A stretch of DNA of 64,000 nucleotides. Origin: Actinomycetes bacterium. Its GTDB lineage: Bacteria > Actinomycetota > UBA4738 > HRBIN12. The notes below the pieces were generated by a model. It was not told where the DNA came from. It worked only from the letters and a program-made list of their open reading frames with translations, and did not search any database. This document shows positions 55,971 to 64,000 of this stretch, piece by piece. The position numbers and the translations under genes were made by a program. Numbering within the stretch: the first letter of the stretch is position 1; the number at the start of each line of letters is the position of its first letter. The stretch spans positions 947 to 64,946 of the forward strand of contig JAJNBA010000012.1 of NCBI GenBank assembly GCA_021155985.1, given 5' to 3'.

Positions 55971-56966
55971 TCAGCCGGACGTGAATTGGTGTCCGATCAC
56001 CTCGCCGCCCCGGATCGCGACGATCAGCCCTCGCAGCACCCCCTCTCCGTACTCGCTCCCGGGGTTGAATGCGGGCGTGCGGCCGTAGCTCGTCGCCCCT
56101 CTGGATTCGTGGATATGACCGTGCAGTCCGACCGTCGGCTGGTACGTCGCGAGCGCGTCCGCCACCGCCTGGGACCCGGCGCCGTACTCGACGGGTTGCC
56201 CTCGCTCGATCACCGGCGTCGGCGGCCAGACCGACGCGTCAAGCTTCAGGCAGGTGTCGAGCCCCGAGTCGAGCGGGGGGCAGTGGAAGTTGAAAACCGT
56301 CTTCGTCGGGTCAGCGACGGAGGGGATCAGCTTCTCGATCACATCCGAGATCTCCTCGTCGGTCCGTTCGCGTGGCGTCTTCCATGGCGTCGGCGTCGAG
56401 TACCCGATCGTGAGCAGCTCGTGCTCGTCGTCGAGCGGCACAGCGCGATTCTCGGCGTTGACGACCCGTTCCCCGGTCGCCTCGTCGAGCGCGGTCAGGA
56501 CCTCGTCGGTGTCGTCGTTGCCGCCGCACAGGAAGACCCGTACGTGCGTCCCGGCGAGCCGCTCCTCCGCGAGCGCGATCCATTCGGCGAGTCGCTCCTT
56601 CGCCAGCACGTCGAAGAGGTCGTCGATCCGGTCCTGCTGCCCCACGTACGAGGCATACTCCTCCGGGTCCATCTCCTGCCAGTAGAAGCCGAGGGTCTGC
56701 ATCGTTCGCTTGAACTCGGCGAATCGTTCTTCGCTCCTGAGGTGGTGGTCCTTGCCTTGGAGGTGGGCACGCCACGTCCCGCCGGCCTCGCGGACCAACG
56801 GGATCAGAAGCTTCCCCATCAGGTCGCCGCCGAAGACGAGGGCGTCGACCTCGTAGAACTTCGCCGCGTTCAGGAACTTGCGGTACGTGGGCTCCGACCC
56901 GTGGATGTCGCACGCGTAGAACAGCTTCGTCCCGCTCTCCTTCGGCTTCTTCGAGAACAGCGGCAT
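55971..56966 (-). CDS. metallophosphoesterase (calcineurin-like)
   Basis: YACDIHGSE, VFGGDLMGK, LCGGNDD and LHGHIHESRG. Confidence 0.85.
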   Translation of the reverse strand: MPLFSKKPKESGTKLFYACDIHGSEPTYRKFLNAAKFYEVDALVFGGDLMGKLLIPLVREAGGTWRAHLQGKDHHLRSEERFAEFKRTMQTLGFYWQEMDPEEYASYVGQQDRIDDLFDVLAKERLAEWIALAEERLAGTHVRVFLCGGNDDTDEVLTALDEATGERVVNAENRAVPLDDEHELLTIGYSTPTPWKTPRERTDEEISDVIEKLIPSVADPTKTVFNFHCPPLDSGLDTCLKLDASVWPPTPVIERGQPVEYGAGSQAVADALATYQPTVGLHGHIHESRGATSYGRTPAFNPGSEYGEGVLRGLIVAIRGGEVIGHQFTSG

Positions 56967-57944
56967 CTACGTGCCCTCCGGATCCGCCGTCAGCTCACCC
57001 ACGTCCCGGTACCACTTCTTGCGATCCCCCACCTTCGCCCGCAGCCTCCACGACATCGACTTCGGCTCGGCTTCGATCCGATCGAGCGCGGCGTGCACCT
57101 GGTCGGCCACCCGTCGAGTCTCCTCCTCGGAGAGCTGCTCGTAGTGCTCCGCCATCTGACGGACCTTGCCGAGGTTCATGGTGAGCGTCCGCCACCAGCC
57201 CCAGTCCTTCCCGCAGAGCCCCGCGACGCGGTCGATGTTGATCGTCTCGTCATCGTGGTGGCCCAGGGGGAACTCCAGGAGGAGCATGATCGTGTCGATC
57301 AGGTCCTTCTCGTTGATCTCGACGATCTGCATCTTCTGGAGGAGCAGCTCGGCGAGCGGGATCGTCTCGGGATCGAGCTCGAGCCGACCCTTCCACGGCA
57401 CCGTGTGACAGAACTCGAGCTTGTCGAGGAACACGTCGATGTGCATCCCGCTCGCGGGGTGCTCCGCGACGAGGCGCGTGCCCTCCGAGCCGACGTAGAC
57501 GTGCGGATCGTCCACGTATCCTGCGCCGGCGAGCATCTCGCGGATCCGGTCGGCCTCGCGCCCGTACGCGGCGAAGTCGATGTCGGTGTAGTGGCGTCCC
57601 AGCCGCTCCCGGAGGCGGGCATGGTTCGGGCAGCGCCGGGCGAACGCGACCGCGCCGAGCAACCGGAGCGTGATCCCCGTATCCCGGGCGAGACCCAGCA
57701 GGCGATCGGCCTCCGCCTCGAACTCGGCCTTCTCCAGGGCGACCTCCCGAAACGATCCTCGCTGCCGGCACGGCGAATCCGAGTGTGGGCGCTCCGGTCT
57801 CTGGACGCAAGCGGGGGTGTGCCCCGGGTCAACCGAGCGCCGCCAGGAACTCGTCGAGGTCCGGAGCGACGTGGAAGCTCGGCTCCACGGTGCCCTCGAA
57901 CGCCTCGACGGTCTTGAAGCCGTTCCCGGTGACGAACGCGACAA
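56967..57944 (-). CDS. Pol-beta-superfamily nucleotidyltransferase-fold protein (start uncertain)
   Basis: LRLLGAVAF...HYTDIDFAAY (G-x / DxD pattern). The only canonical in-frame start is a TTG at 57944, 116 nt inside thrC. Confidence 0.55.
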   Translation of the reverse strand: MSRSSPGTASRPSRRSRAPWSRASTSLRTSTSSWRRSVDPGHTPACVQRPERPHSDSPCRQRGSFREVALEKAEFEAEADRLLGLARDTGITLRLLGAVAFARRCPNHARLRERLGRHYTDIDFAAYGREADRIREMLAGAGYVDDPHVYVGSEGTRLVAEHPASGMHIDVFLDKLEFCHTVPWKGRLELDPETIPLAELLLQKMQIVEINEKDLIDTIMLLLEFPLGHHDDETINIDRVAGLCGKDWGWWRTLTMNLGKVRQMAEHYEQLSEEETRRVADQVHAALDRIEAEPKSMSWRLRAKVGDRKKWYRDVGELTADPEGT

Positions 57945-59085
57945 CCTCCTCGTCAGGGCGGATCACGCCCTGGTCGACGAGTCGCTTCAGGTTCGCGATC
58001 GTCACGCCCCCAGCGGTCTCGGTGAACACGCCTTCGGTCGAGGCCAGCAGGCGGATGCCCTCGAGGATCTCGGCCTCCGTGCACCACTCGATCGCGCCGC
58101 CGGTCTCCCGGGCGACCTGGAGCGCGAAGTAGCCGTCCGCGGGTGAGCCGATCGCCAGCGAGCGTGCGATCGTGTCCGGCTTGACGGGCGTGACCTCGTC
58201 GGCGCCGTCCCGGAAGGCCTGGGCGACCGGCCGGCAGCCCTCGGGCTGGGCGCCGCTCACGCGGTACGGCTTCTCCTCGATGGCCCCGATCGCGATGAGC
58301 TCCTGGAACGCCCGATGGATCTTCGTCAGGAGCGCCCCGCTCGCGATCGGCACCACGACGTGGTCGGGCACGTGCCAACCGAGCTGCTCGGCGACCTCGA
58401 ACCCGAGCGTCTTCGAGCCTTCCGCGTAGTACGGACGCATGTTCACGTTCACGAACGCCCACGGGAGCGCGTCCGCGACCTCGGCGCACAGCCGATTCAC
58501 GTCGTCGTAGTTCCCCTTCACGGCGACGACCTTGGCGCCGTACGTCTCCGTCGCGAGGATCTTCGCGCGCTCGAGGTCGTCCGGGACGAAGACGTAGCAC
58601 GGCATCCCGGCGTGCGCGGCGTGGGCGGCGGCGGCGTTCGCGAGGTTGCCGGTGGAGGCGCAGGAGAGCGCCTCGAACCCGAACGAGCGGGCCATCGTCG
58701 CGGCCACCGACACGACCCGATCCTTGAACGAGTACGAGGGGTTGACCGAGTCGTCCTTGATCCAGACGTCCTTCAGGCCGAGCGCGGCTGCGAGCCGGTC
58801 GGCACGCCGGAGCGGCGTGAAGCCGGCGCCGAGATCCACCCGGTCGAGGCCGGGCCCGCCGGGCAGGAGCATCTCGTAGCGCCAGAGGCTGGCGGGCCCG
58901 GCCTCGACCTGTTTGCGGAAGTCCACGCCCTCGATCGCATCGAGGTCGTAGGAGGGCTCGAGGGGACCGAAGCACTCCTCGCAGATCGTGAGCGGCTCCA
59001 CGTTGTACCGGGCGCCACACATCCGGCACTGCAGAGCCGCCGGATTCGTGATCGACTTCATGGCGCCGCTCATCGCCGTCGTCAT
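57829..59085 (-). CDS. thrC: threonine synthase (with N-terminal Cys4 zinc-ribbon)
   Basis: CRMCGARY...CEECFGPL. The PLP lysine motif is [14 protein letters not shown] 59085 overlaps the ilvD stop (ATGA). Confidence 0.9.
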   Translation of the reverse strand: MTTAMSGAMKSITNPAALQCRMCGARYNVEPLTICEECFGPLEPSYDLDAIEGVDFRKQVEAGPASLWRYEMLLPGGPGLDRVDLGAGFTPLRRADRLAAALGLKDVWIKDDSVNPSYSFKDRVVSVAATMARSFGFEALSCASTGNLANAAAAHAAHAGMPCYVFVPDDLERAKILATETYGAKVVAVKGNYDDVNRLCAEVADALPWAFVNVNMRPYYAEGSKTLGFEVAEQLGWHVPDHVVVPIASGALLTKIHRAFQELIAIGAIEEKPYRVSGAQPEGCRPVAQAFRDGADEVTPVKPDTIARSLAIGSPADGYFALQVARETGGAIEWCTEAEILEGIRLLASTEGVFTETAGGVTIANLKRLVDQGVIRPDEEVVAFVTGNGFKTVEAFEGTVEPSFHVAPDLDEFLAALG

Positions 59086-60764
59086 CCCGTGATGGCGCCG
59101 TGGTCGGCGCCGCCGACGAGCTTCGCGTACTTCGCGAGCGCACCTCTCGTGTAGCGAGGCTCGCGCGTCACCCATGCCTGGCGCCGCGCCGCCAGCGTCT
59201 CGTCATCCACGAGCAGCTCGAGGGACCGCGCGTCGGCGTCGATCCGGATCCGATCGCCTTCCTCCACCTGCCCGATCGGACCGCCGACGAAGGCCTCAGG
59301 GGCGATGTGCCCGACGCTGTACCCCTTCGTGGCGCCGGAGAACCGACCGTCGGTGATCAGCGCCACGTCCTTGCCGAGGCCGGCGCCGGCCACGGCTGCC
59401 GTGACGGCCAACATCTCCGGCATCCCCGGCGAGCCCTTCGGGCCCTCGTACCGGACCACGATGACGTCACCCGGCACGATCCGTCCGGAGGTGACCGCAT
59501 CGAACGCGTCCTGCTCCGAGTCGAACGGACGAGCGATGCCTTCGAAGATGAGGCCCTCGGCGCCGGCGGCCTTCACCACGGCGCCGTTCGGGGCGAGATT
59601 TCCTCGGAGGATCGCGATCCCGCCCCAGGGGTGGATGGCGTCCGTGCCCCGATGGACGACGTCACCGTCGGGAGCGGGTGGATCGACCCCGGCGAGGTTC
59701 TCTGCCTGCGTCTTGCCGGTCACGGTGAGGCAGTCCCCGTGAAGCAGGCCGAGGTCGAGCAGCTCCTTCATCACGACCGGGACGCCGCCCACCTGATCGA
59801 GGTCGCTCATCACGAACCTCCCTGCCGGCCGGACGTCCACGAGGTGGGGGGTGGCCCGCGAGATCCGATCGAAGTCGTCCAGCTGGAGATCCACCTCCGC
59901 CTCGCGTGCGATCGCCAGGAGGTGGAGCACGGCGTTCGTCGATCCGGCGAGGGCCATCACGATCGTGATCGCGTTCTCGAACGCTTCCTTCGTGAGGATG
60001 TCGCGCGGCAGCGGCCCTCCCGCGGCGACGAGCTCCGCGGCACGGATCCCGCTCTCGCGCGCGAACACCTCCCGTCGATAGTCCACGGCGGGCGGGCCCG
60101 CCGCCCCAGGCAGCGAGAGCCCGATCGCCTCACCGACCGCCGCCATCGTGTTCGCCGTGTACATGCCCGCGCACGACCCGGTGCCGGGGCAGGCCGCGCG
60201 CTCGATCCCCCTCAGCTCGGACTCGTCGATCGCTCCCTTCGCGTGGGCGCCGACCGCCTCGAACACGTCCTGGATCGTGATCTCCCGCCCGCCGTACGTG
60301 CCGGGGAGGATCGTCCCGCCGTACAGGTAGACCGACGGCAGGTTCAGCCGGGCCATCACCATCATCATCGCGGGCTCGGACTTGTCGCAGCCGGCGATCC
60401 CCACGAGCGCGTCGAATCGTTCCGCGTGCATCACGAGCTCGACGGAGTCGGCGATCAGGTCGCGGCTCATCAGCGACGCCTTCATCCCTTCGTGGCCCAT
60501 CGCGATCGCGTCGGAGACGGCGATCGTCCCGAACTCGACGGGAACCGACCCTCCCTGGCGCACGCCCTCCTTCGCGAGCGCGGCGAGCTTCCCGAGGTGG
60601 TAGTTGCACGGGGTCACCTCGTTCCACGACGACGCCACGGCGACTTGAGGCTTGCTGAAGTCGTCCTCGGAGAACCCCACGGCGCGGAGCATCGCGCGAG
60701 CCGGCGCGCGGTGGGCTCCCTCGGTGACCTCCCAGCTCCGGGGACGGTCGTGCTCGCGTGGCAT
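59082..60764 (-). CDS. ilvD: dihydroxy-acid dehydratase
   Basis: [19 protein letters not shown]...[14 protein letters not shown]...[18 protein letters not shown] 60764 is preceded by GGAGGG. Confidence 0.95.
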   Translation of the reverse strand: MPREHDRPRSWEVTEGAHRAPARAMLRAVGFSEDDFSKPQVAVASSWNEVTPCNYHLGKLAALAKEGVRQGGSVPVEFGTIAVSDAIAMGHEGMKASLMSRDLIADSVELVMHAERFDALVGIAGCDKSEPAMMMVMARLNLPSVYLYGGTILPGTYGGREITIQDVFEAVGAHAKGAIDESELRGIERAACPGTGSCAGMYTANTMAAVGEAIGLSLPGAAGPPAVDYRREVFARESGIRAAELVAAGGPLPRDILTKEAFENAITIVMALAGSTNAVLHLLAIAREAEVDLQLDDFDRISRATPHLVDVRPAGRFVMSDLDQVGGVPVVMKELLDLGLLHGDCLTVTGKTQAENLAGVDPPAPDGDVVHRGTDAIHPWGGIAILRGNLAPNGAVVKAAGAEGLIFEGIARPFDSEQDAFDAVTSGRIVPGDVIVVRYEGPKGSPGMPEMLAVTAAVAGAGLGKDVALITDGRFSGATKGYSVGHIAPEAFVGGPIGQVEEGDRIRIDADARSLELLVDDETLAARRQAWVTREPRYTRGALAKYAKLVGGADHGAITG

Positions 60765-60831
60765 GTGCGTACCCTCCGTGAGGAACTGCGAAGATGCGGA
60801 GCTTGAGCCTAGCAAGGAGGATGAGCCGCCC

Positions 60832-62244
60832 GTGACGACCGTTCCTCCCGACGCCGGACGCAGCTGGTGGTTGCGAGAGGCATTGGCCGACGACCCCGGC
60901 GAGCCCGCCCCACCGCTGCGAGGAGACCTCACGACCGATGTCGTGATCCTCGGCGGCGGCTACACGGGGATGTGGACCGCGCTCCATCTGAAGGAACTCG
61001 ATCCCGGGATCGACGTCGCGATCGTCGAGCAGGACATCGTCGGCGGCGGCGCGAGCGGCCGCAACGGTGGCTTCGTGAACTCGTTCTGGGGCGACCTCGA
61101 GTACCTCGCATACCACTTCGGCGACCGAGCCACGATCGCGCTCTGCGAGGCGGGTGAGGAGAGCGTCAAGGCGATCGGCCGCTTCGCCAGCGATCAGGGG
61201 ATCGATGCCTGGTACCGCGCGGATGGGGAGTACGTGGTGGCCGCCTCCGAGGAGCAGTTCGGCCGATGGGCGGACGACCTGATCACCGCCGACCGCCTCG
61301 GCGTGAGCCAGCACTTCCAGGTTCTGTCGACCGACGAGCTGCGCGAGCGTGTCGCCTCGCCCGTGTTCCGCGGCGCCCTCTTCCGGACGGTCGGCGCCAC
61401 CGTGCATCCCGGTCGACTGGCGCTCGGGATGCGGCGTGTGCTCCTCGAGCGCGGCGTGCGGATCTTCGAGGACTCCCCCGTGACCCGGTTCGGCACCGGC
61501 GACCCGGCGCGAGCCGAGACGCCCGGCGGCACGGTGCAGGCGGGCGTCGCGGTGGTGGCCCTGAACGCCTGGGCCCACCACTGGAAGCGGTTCCGGAGGA
61601 CCGTGGTCGTCCGTGGCTCCTACATCGTGATGACGGAGCCGGCCCCGGATCGACTCAAGGAGATCGGGTGGACGGACGGCTCGGGGGTGGCGGACATGCG
61701 CTCCGCGGTCCACTACGTGCGCACGACGCCCGACGGAAGGATCTCCTTCGGCCTGGGCGGCATGCAGCCGAACCTCGCCCGGCGGATCGGTCCGAGGTTC
61801 GCGTACGACCCGCGGGCGATCGAGATCGCGATCGCGGACCTCCACCGGATGTTCCCCGGGTTCGTGGACGTGCCGATCGAGGCGGCGTGGGGTGGGCCGA
61901 TCGACGTCTCCGGCCACCACCTGCCCACGTTCGGGACCCTCGGCAAGGGGAACGTCCACTACGGGCACGGCTACACGGGCAACGGCGTGGGGCCAGCGCA
62001 CCTCGGTGGTCGCATCATGGCGAACCGGATCCTCGGGAAGGCGGACCCGGTCCTCGACCTGCCGCTCGTGGATCTCGAGCCCTTGCGGTTCCCGCCGGAG
62101 CCCGTCCGCTCGCCCGGCGCGCTCGTCGCGAACACGGCGATCCGCCGGAAGGACGAAGCCGAGGACGACGGCGAGGAGCCGAACCCGCTGATCGACTTCG
62201 TCGCGAAGTTGCCTCGCCGCCTCGGCTACAACCTCGGCCCCTAG
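60832..62244 (+). CDS. FAD-dependent oxidoreductase (DAO family, gamma-glutamylputrescine-oxidase-like)
   Basis: [18 protein letters not shown]...[13 protein letters not shown] 60832 is preceded by AAGGAGGA. Confidence 0.85.
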   Translation: MTTVPPDAGRSWWLREALADDPGEPAPPLRGDLTTDVVILGGGYTGMWTALHLKELDPGIDVAIVEQDIVGGGASGRNGGFVNSFWGDLEYLAYHFGDRATIALCEAGEESVKAIGRFASDQGIDAWYRADGEYVVAASEEQFGRWADDLITADRLGVSQHFQVLSTDELRERVASPVFRGALFRTVGATVHPGRLALGMRRVLLERGVRIFEDSPVTRFGTGDPARAETPGGTVQAGVAVVALNAWAHHWKRFRRTVVVRGSYIVMTEPAPDRLKEIGWTDGSGVADMRSAVHYVRTTPDGRISFGLGGMQPNLARRIGPRFAYDPRAIEIAIADLHRMFPGFVDVPIEAAWGGPIDVSGHHLPTFGTLGKGNVHYGHGYTGNGVGPAHLGGRIMANRILGKADPVLDLPLVDLEPLRFPPEPVRSPGALVANTAIRRKDEAEDDGEEPNPLIDFVAKLPRRLGYNLGP

Positions 62245-62631
62245 CCGTCGGGGGGCGGAGGCGTCGCGCTCTTCCCTTCGAACTCCGACCACGGCAACAC
62301 GGTGAAGGCGCCGATCACATCAGGCCAAGGTTCGTCGTAGAAGCCTTCCAGTGTGTCGACATAGCCGTTCTCGATTCCACAAGACGAAGCTGGCCCCGGG
62401 CGCAAGCCCCTCGATCTCTGCATCGACGTCTCCGAACGGTGTGGGAAATCCTTCGATCGGTGTCACCGACGCACGATCTGCTTCCAGCGAAGTGAAGAAG
62501 CCAACTCCGGTGAACTCGCGGTTACGCACGACGCAGCTTGCGAGCTGTTCTTGGAGCCTTCGCATCTGCGGGGCCTCGCCTTCGGCCATCTTCTCGAGCA
62601 CGGCGCGCTCGAGAGCGCTGAGCGGCTCCAT
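62241..62631 (-). pseudogene. small conserved-looking gene interrupted by a frameshift near 62377
   Basis: Frame 1 reads MEPLSALERAVLEKMAEGEAPQMRRLQEQLASCVVRNREFTGVGFFTSLE...GDVDAEIEGLAPGASFVLW. It continues sensibly only in another frame as IENGYVDTLEGFYDEPWPDVIGAFTVLPW. Confidence 0.5.
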
Positions 62632-62636
62632 GCCCG

Positions 62637-64000
62637 TCAGGCGCCGAACGGCTCGTAGCCGGGAGCGACGAGCGGCCACGGGTTGGTGCGCTCCCACGCC
62701 TCGGCGACGGTGAGCGCCATGTCGTCGCGGAACCGCGGCGCCGTGATCTCGAGGCCGAACGGCACGCCCGCCGGGGAGAGGCCGGCCGGAACGCTGATCG
62801 CGGGATGTCCGGTCACGTTCTGCGGGTCGGTGTTGAAGGCATCCGGGCTGTCGCCCACCTTCCCCGTCGCGGGATGGGTTCCGTCGGCGCGGATCCACGC
62901 GAAGCAGTTCGTCGGCGTGAGCAGCACGGCATCGTCGCCGAGGAGGAGATCGAGCTCCCGCACGTAGTCGAAGCGTCGGCGGCGCGCGGCCAGGTACTCC
63001 TCGAACGGTGTTCGCCGCGCGAACTCCACGACACCACGGAACATGGGGGAGAACCGATCCAAGTTCGCCTCGCAGAACTCCCAACCCAAGTGGTGGACGT
63101 GTTCGGTCGCGCAGATCACGACCCAGTCCTCGCTCACGTGGCCTGCCCGGAAGATCCGCTCGGGATCGATGCGTTCCACGGGCAGGCCGATCTCGCGCTC
63201 GAAGGCGTCGACGGCCGCGCCGAAGAGCGATTCCACCGGTTCGGGGAGCGGACCGTAGTCGACCAGACGAGGGGAAGCGAACGCCCGCGACGGCATCGCG
63301 ACGCTCATCTCCAGCGGGCGCGGCAGGGCGCTCGGATCACCTGGCACGGGTCCCGCTTCGAGTTCGAGGAGGAGCCGCACGTCGGCGACCGTGTGTCCCA
63401 ACGGCCCGTACGTCGAGAGGTCGATCCACTCCGGGATCGGCCAGCGGCCGATCACGCCGTTGGTGGGTTTCAGGCCCACGAGCCCGCACCATGCGGCTGG
63501 GATCCTGATCGACCCGCCACCGTCCGTCGCTGTGGCGATCGGGGCCAGCCCCGCGGCCATCGCCGCCCCCGAACCGCCCGATGAGCCGCCGGGCGAAGCC
63601 TCCACGTTCCAGGGATTCGCGGTCGCCCCGTACAGGAGGTTGTCCGTGTACCCGGCGAACGCGAACTCGGGTTGATTCGTCTTGCCCACCACGATCGCGC
63701 CGGCGGCCTTGAGCCGCCGCGGGATAAGTCCATCGGCGTCGGCCGGCGGCGCGTCGGCGAATACCACGGAGCCGTAGGTGCACGGCACGCCCTCGACGGC
63801 CTCCATGTCCTTGACGAGCAGCGGGATACCGGCGAGTGGACCGGGATCGTCGCCCGCGGCGATACGTCCATCCGTCTCGCGCGCCTCATCCAGCGCCTGC
63901 CCCCGGACCGAGATCACCGCGTTGATCGGCGGGTTCAGCCGCTCGATCCGCTCGAGCGACGTTCGGACCAGCTCCTCGGCGGACGGCCGCCGGTTACGAA
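62637..64000 (-). CDS. amidase-signature family enzyme (5' end off-window)
   Basis: GIPLLVKDM...GGSSGGSGAAMAAGLAPIATATDGGGSIRIPAAWCGLVGLKPT. The frame stays open past the GTG at 63917 to the window edge (RNRRPSAEELVRTSLERIERLNPPINAV...). Confidence 0.9.
   Translation of the reverse strand, partial: RNRRPSAEELVRTSLERIERLNPPINAVISVRGQALDEARETDGRIAAGDDPGPLAGIPLLVKDMEAVEGVPCTYGSVVFADAPPADADGLIPRRLKAAGAIVVGKTNQPEFAFAGYTDNLLYGATANPWNVEASPGGSSGGSGAAMAAGLAPIATATDGGGSIRIPAAWCGLVGLKPTNGVIGRWPIPEWIDLSTYGPLGHTVADVRLLLELEAGPVPGDPSALPRPLEMSVAMPSRAFASPRLVDYGPLPEPVESLFGAAVDAFEREIGLPVERIDPERIFRAGHVSEDWVVICATEHVHHLGWEFCEANLDRFSPMFRGVVEFARRTPFEEYLAARRRRFDYVRELDLLLGDDAVLLTPTNCFAWIRADGTHPATGKVGDSPDAFNTDPQNVTGHPAISVPAGLSPAGVPFGLEITAPRFRDDMALTVAEAWERTNPWPLVAPGYEPFGA

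Noticed and set aside
60130-62292. A 720-aa minus-strand ORF spanning the ilvD 5' end and the whole FAD oxidoreductase gene. Similar giant shadow ORFs are 12429..14648(+), 29348..31204(+), 42376..44163(+), 46865..48829(-) and 55986..57917(+).
   Set aside because: They are antisense shadows of well-supported genes (ilvD/FAD oxidoreductase, cyclase/TolB-like, EEP, KaiC, DMGO-like, MPE/NTase). They are rich in Arg/Asp/His/Gly with no motifs.

Overview
This is a 64-kb, very GC-rich (by eye roughly 70%), gene-dense chromosomal segment. Gene content looks like Actinomycetota: a DDN/F420-type oxidoreductase, a stand-alone LigD polymerase domain, an nSTAND-WD40 protein, multidomain class III cyclases, and a leader-peptide-attenuated ilv operon. 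I support about 62 protein-coding genes, most on the minus strand and many joined by 4-nt ATGA-type overlaps. I found no rRNA, tRNA, CRISPR array, transposase or integrase.

Blocks, left to right:
(1) 1-2.5 kb: a partial GAF-PP2C-HATPase gene (absent from the ORF track because its stop is off-window) and small membrane genes.
(2) 3.3-13.7 kb: three class III nucleotidyl-cyclase fusion proteins (cyclase-nSTAND-WD40, hydrolase-cyclase, Zn-ribbon-cyclase-AAA-TPR) around a CarH/LitR-like B12-binding MerR regulator and a DUF378 gene.
(3) 13.8-26.7 kb: mixed housekeeping and stress genes (TolB-like propeller, bactofilin, LigD-Pol, ArfB, FN3 protein, M19 dipeptidase, Bcp, PEBP, AlkZ-like, STAS, pirin).
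(4) 26.7-31.7 kb: an unlisted 49-aa metallothionein sORF, a TfoX-like gene, an OmpR/HAMP two-component pair, a membrane-EEP protein and a His-rich small membrane protein.
(5) 32.3-41.8 kb: one long minus-strand operon, leader peptide/attenuator-orf98-ilvB-ilvN-ilvC-leuA-leuB-cimA-AKR-GNAT.
(6) 42.1-46.5 kb: a MerR::receiver hybrid coupled to a KaiC homolog, divergent from a split PAS-GAF-PP2C gene.
(7) 46.5-57.9 kb: two diverged, convergently arranged cassettes of a choline-kinase-like kinase plus a dimethylglycine-oxidase-like flavoenzyme, with an SDR, APC permease, metallophosphoesterase and NTase-fold gene.
(8) 57.8-64 kb: thrC, ilvD, a FAD oxidoreductase, a frameshifted small gene and a partial amidase.

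The most interesting candidates for undescribed biology are the mirrored kinase/DMGO-like locus, the MerR-REC/KaiC operon, the possibly membrane-spanning cyclase-STAND-WD40 protein, and the metallothionein/His-rich two-component island. All functional calls rest on motif recognition by eye. No database search was run.
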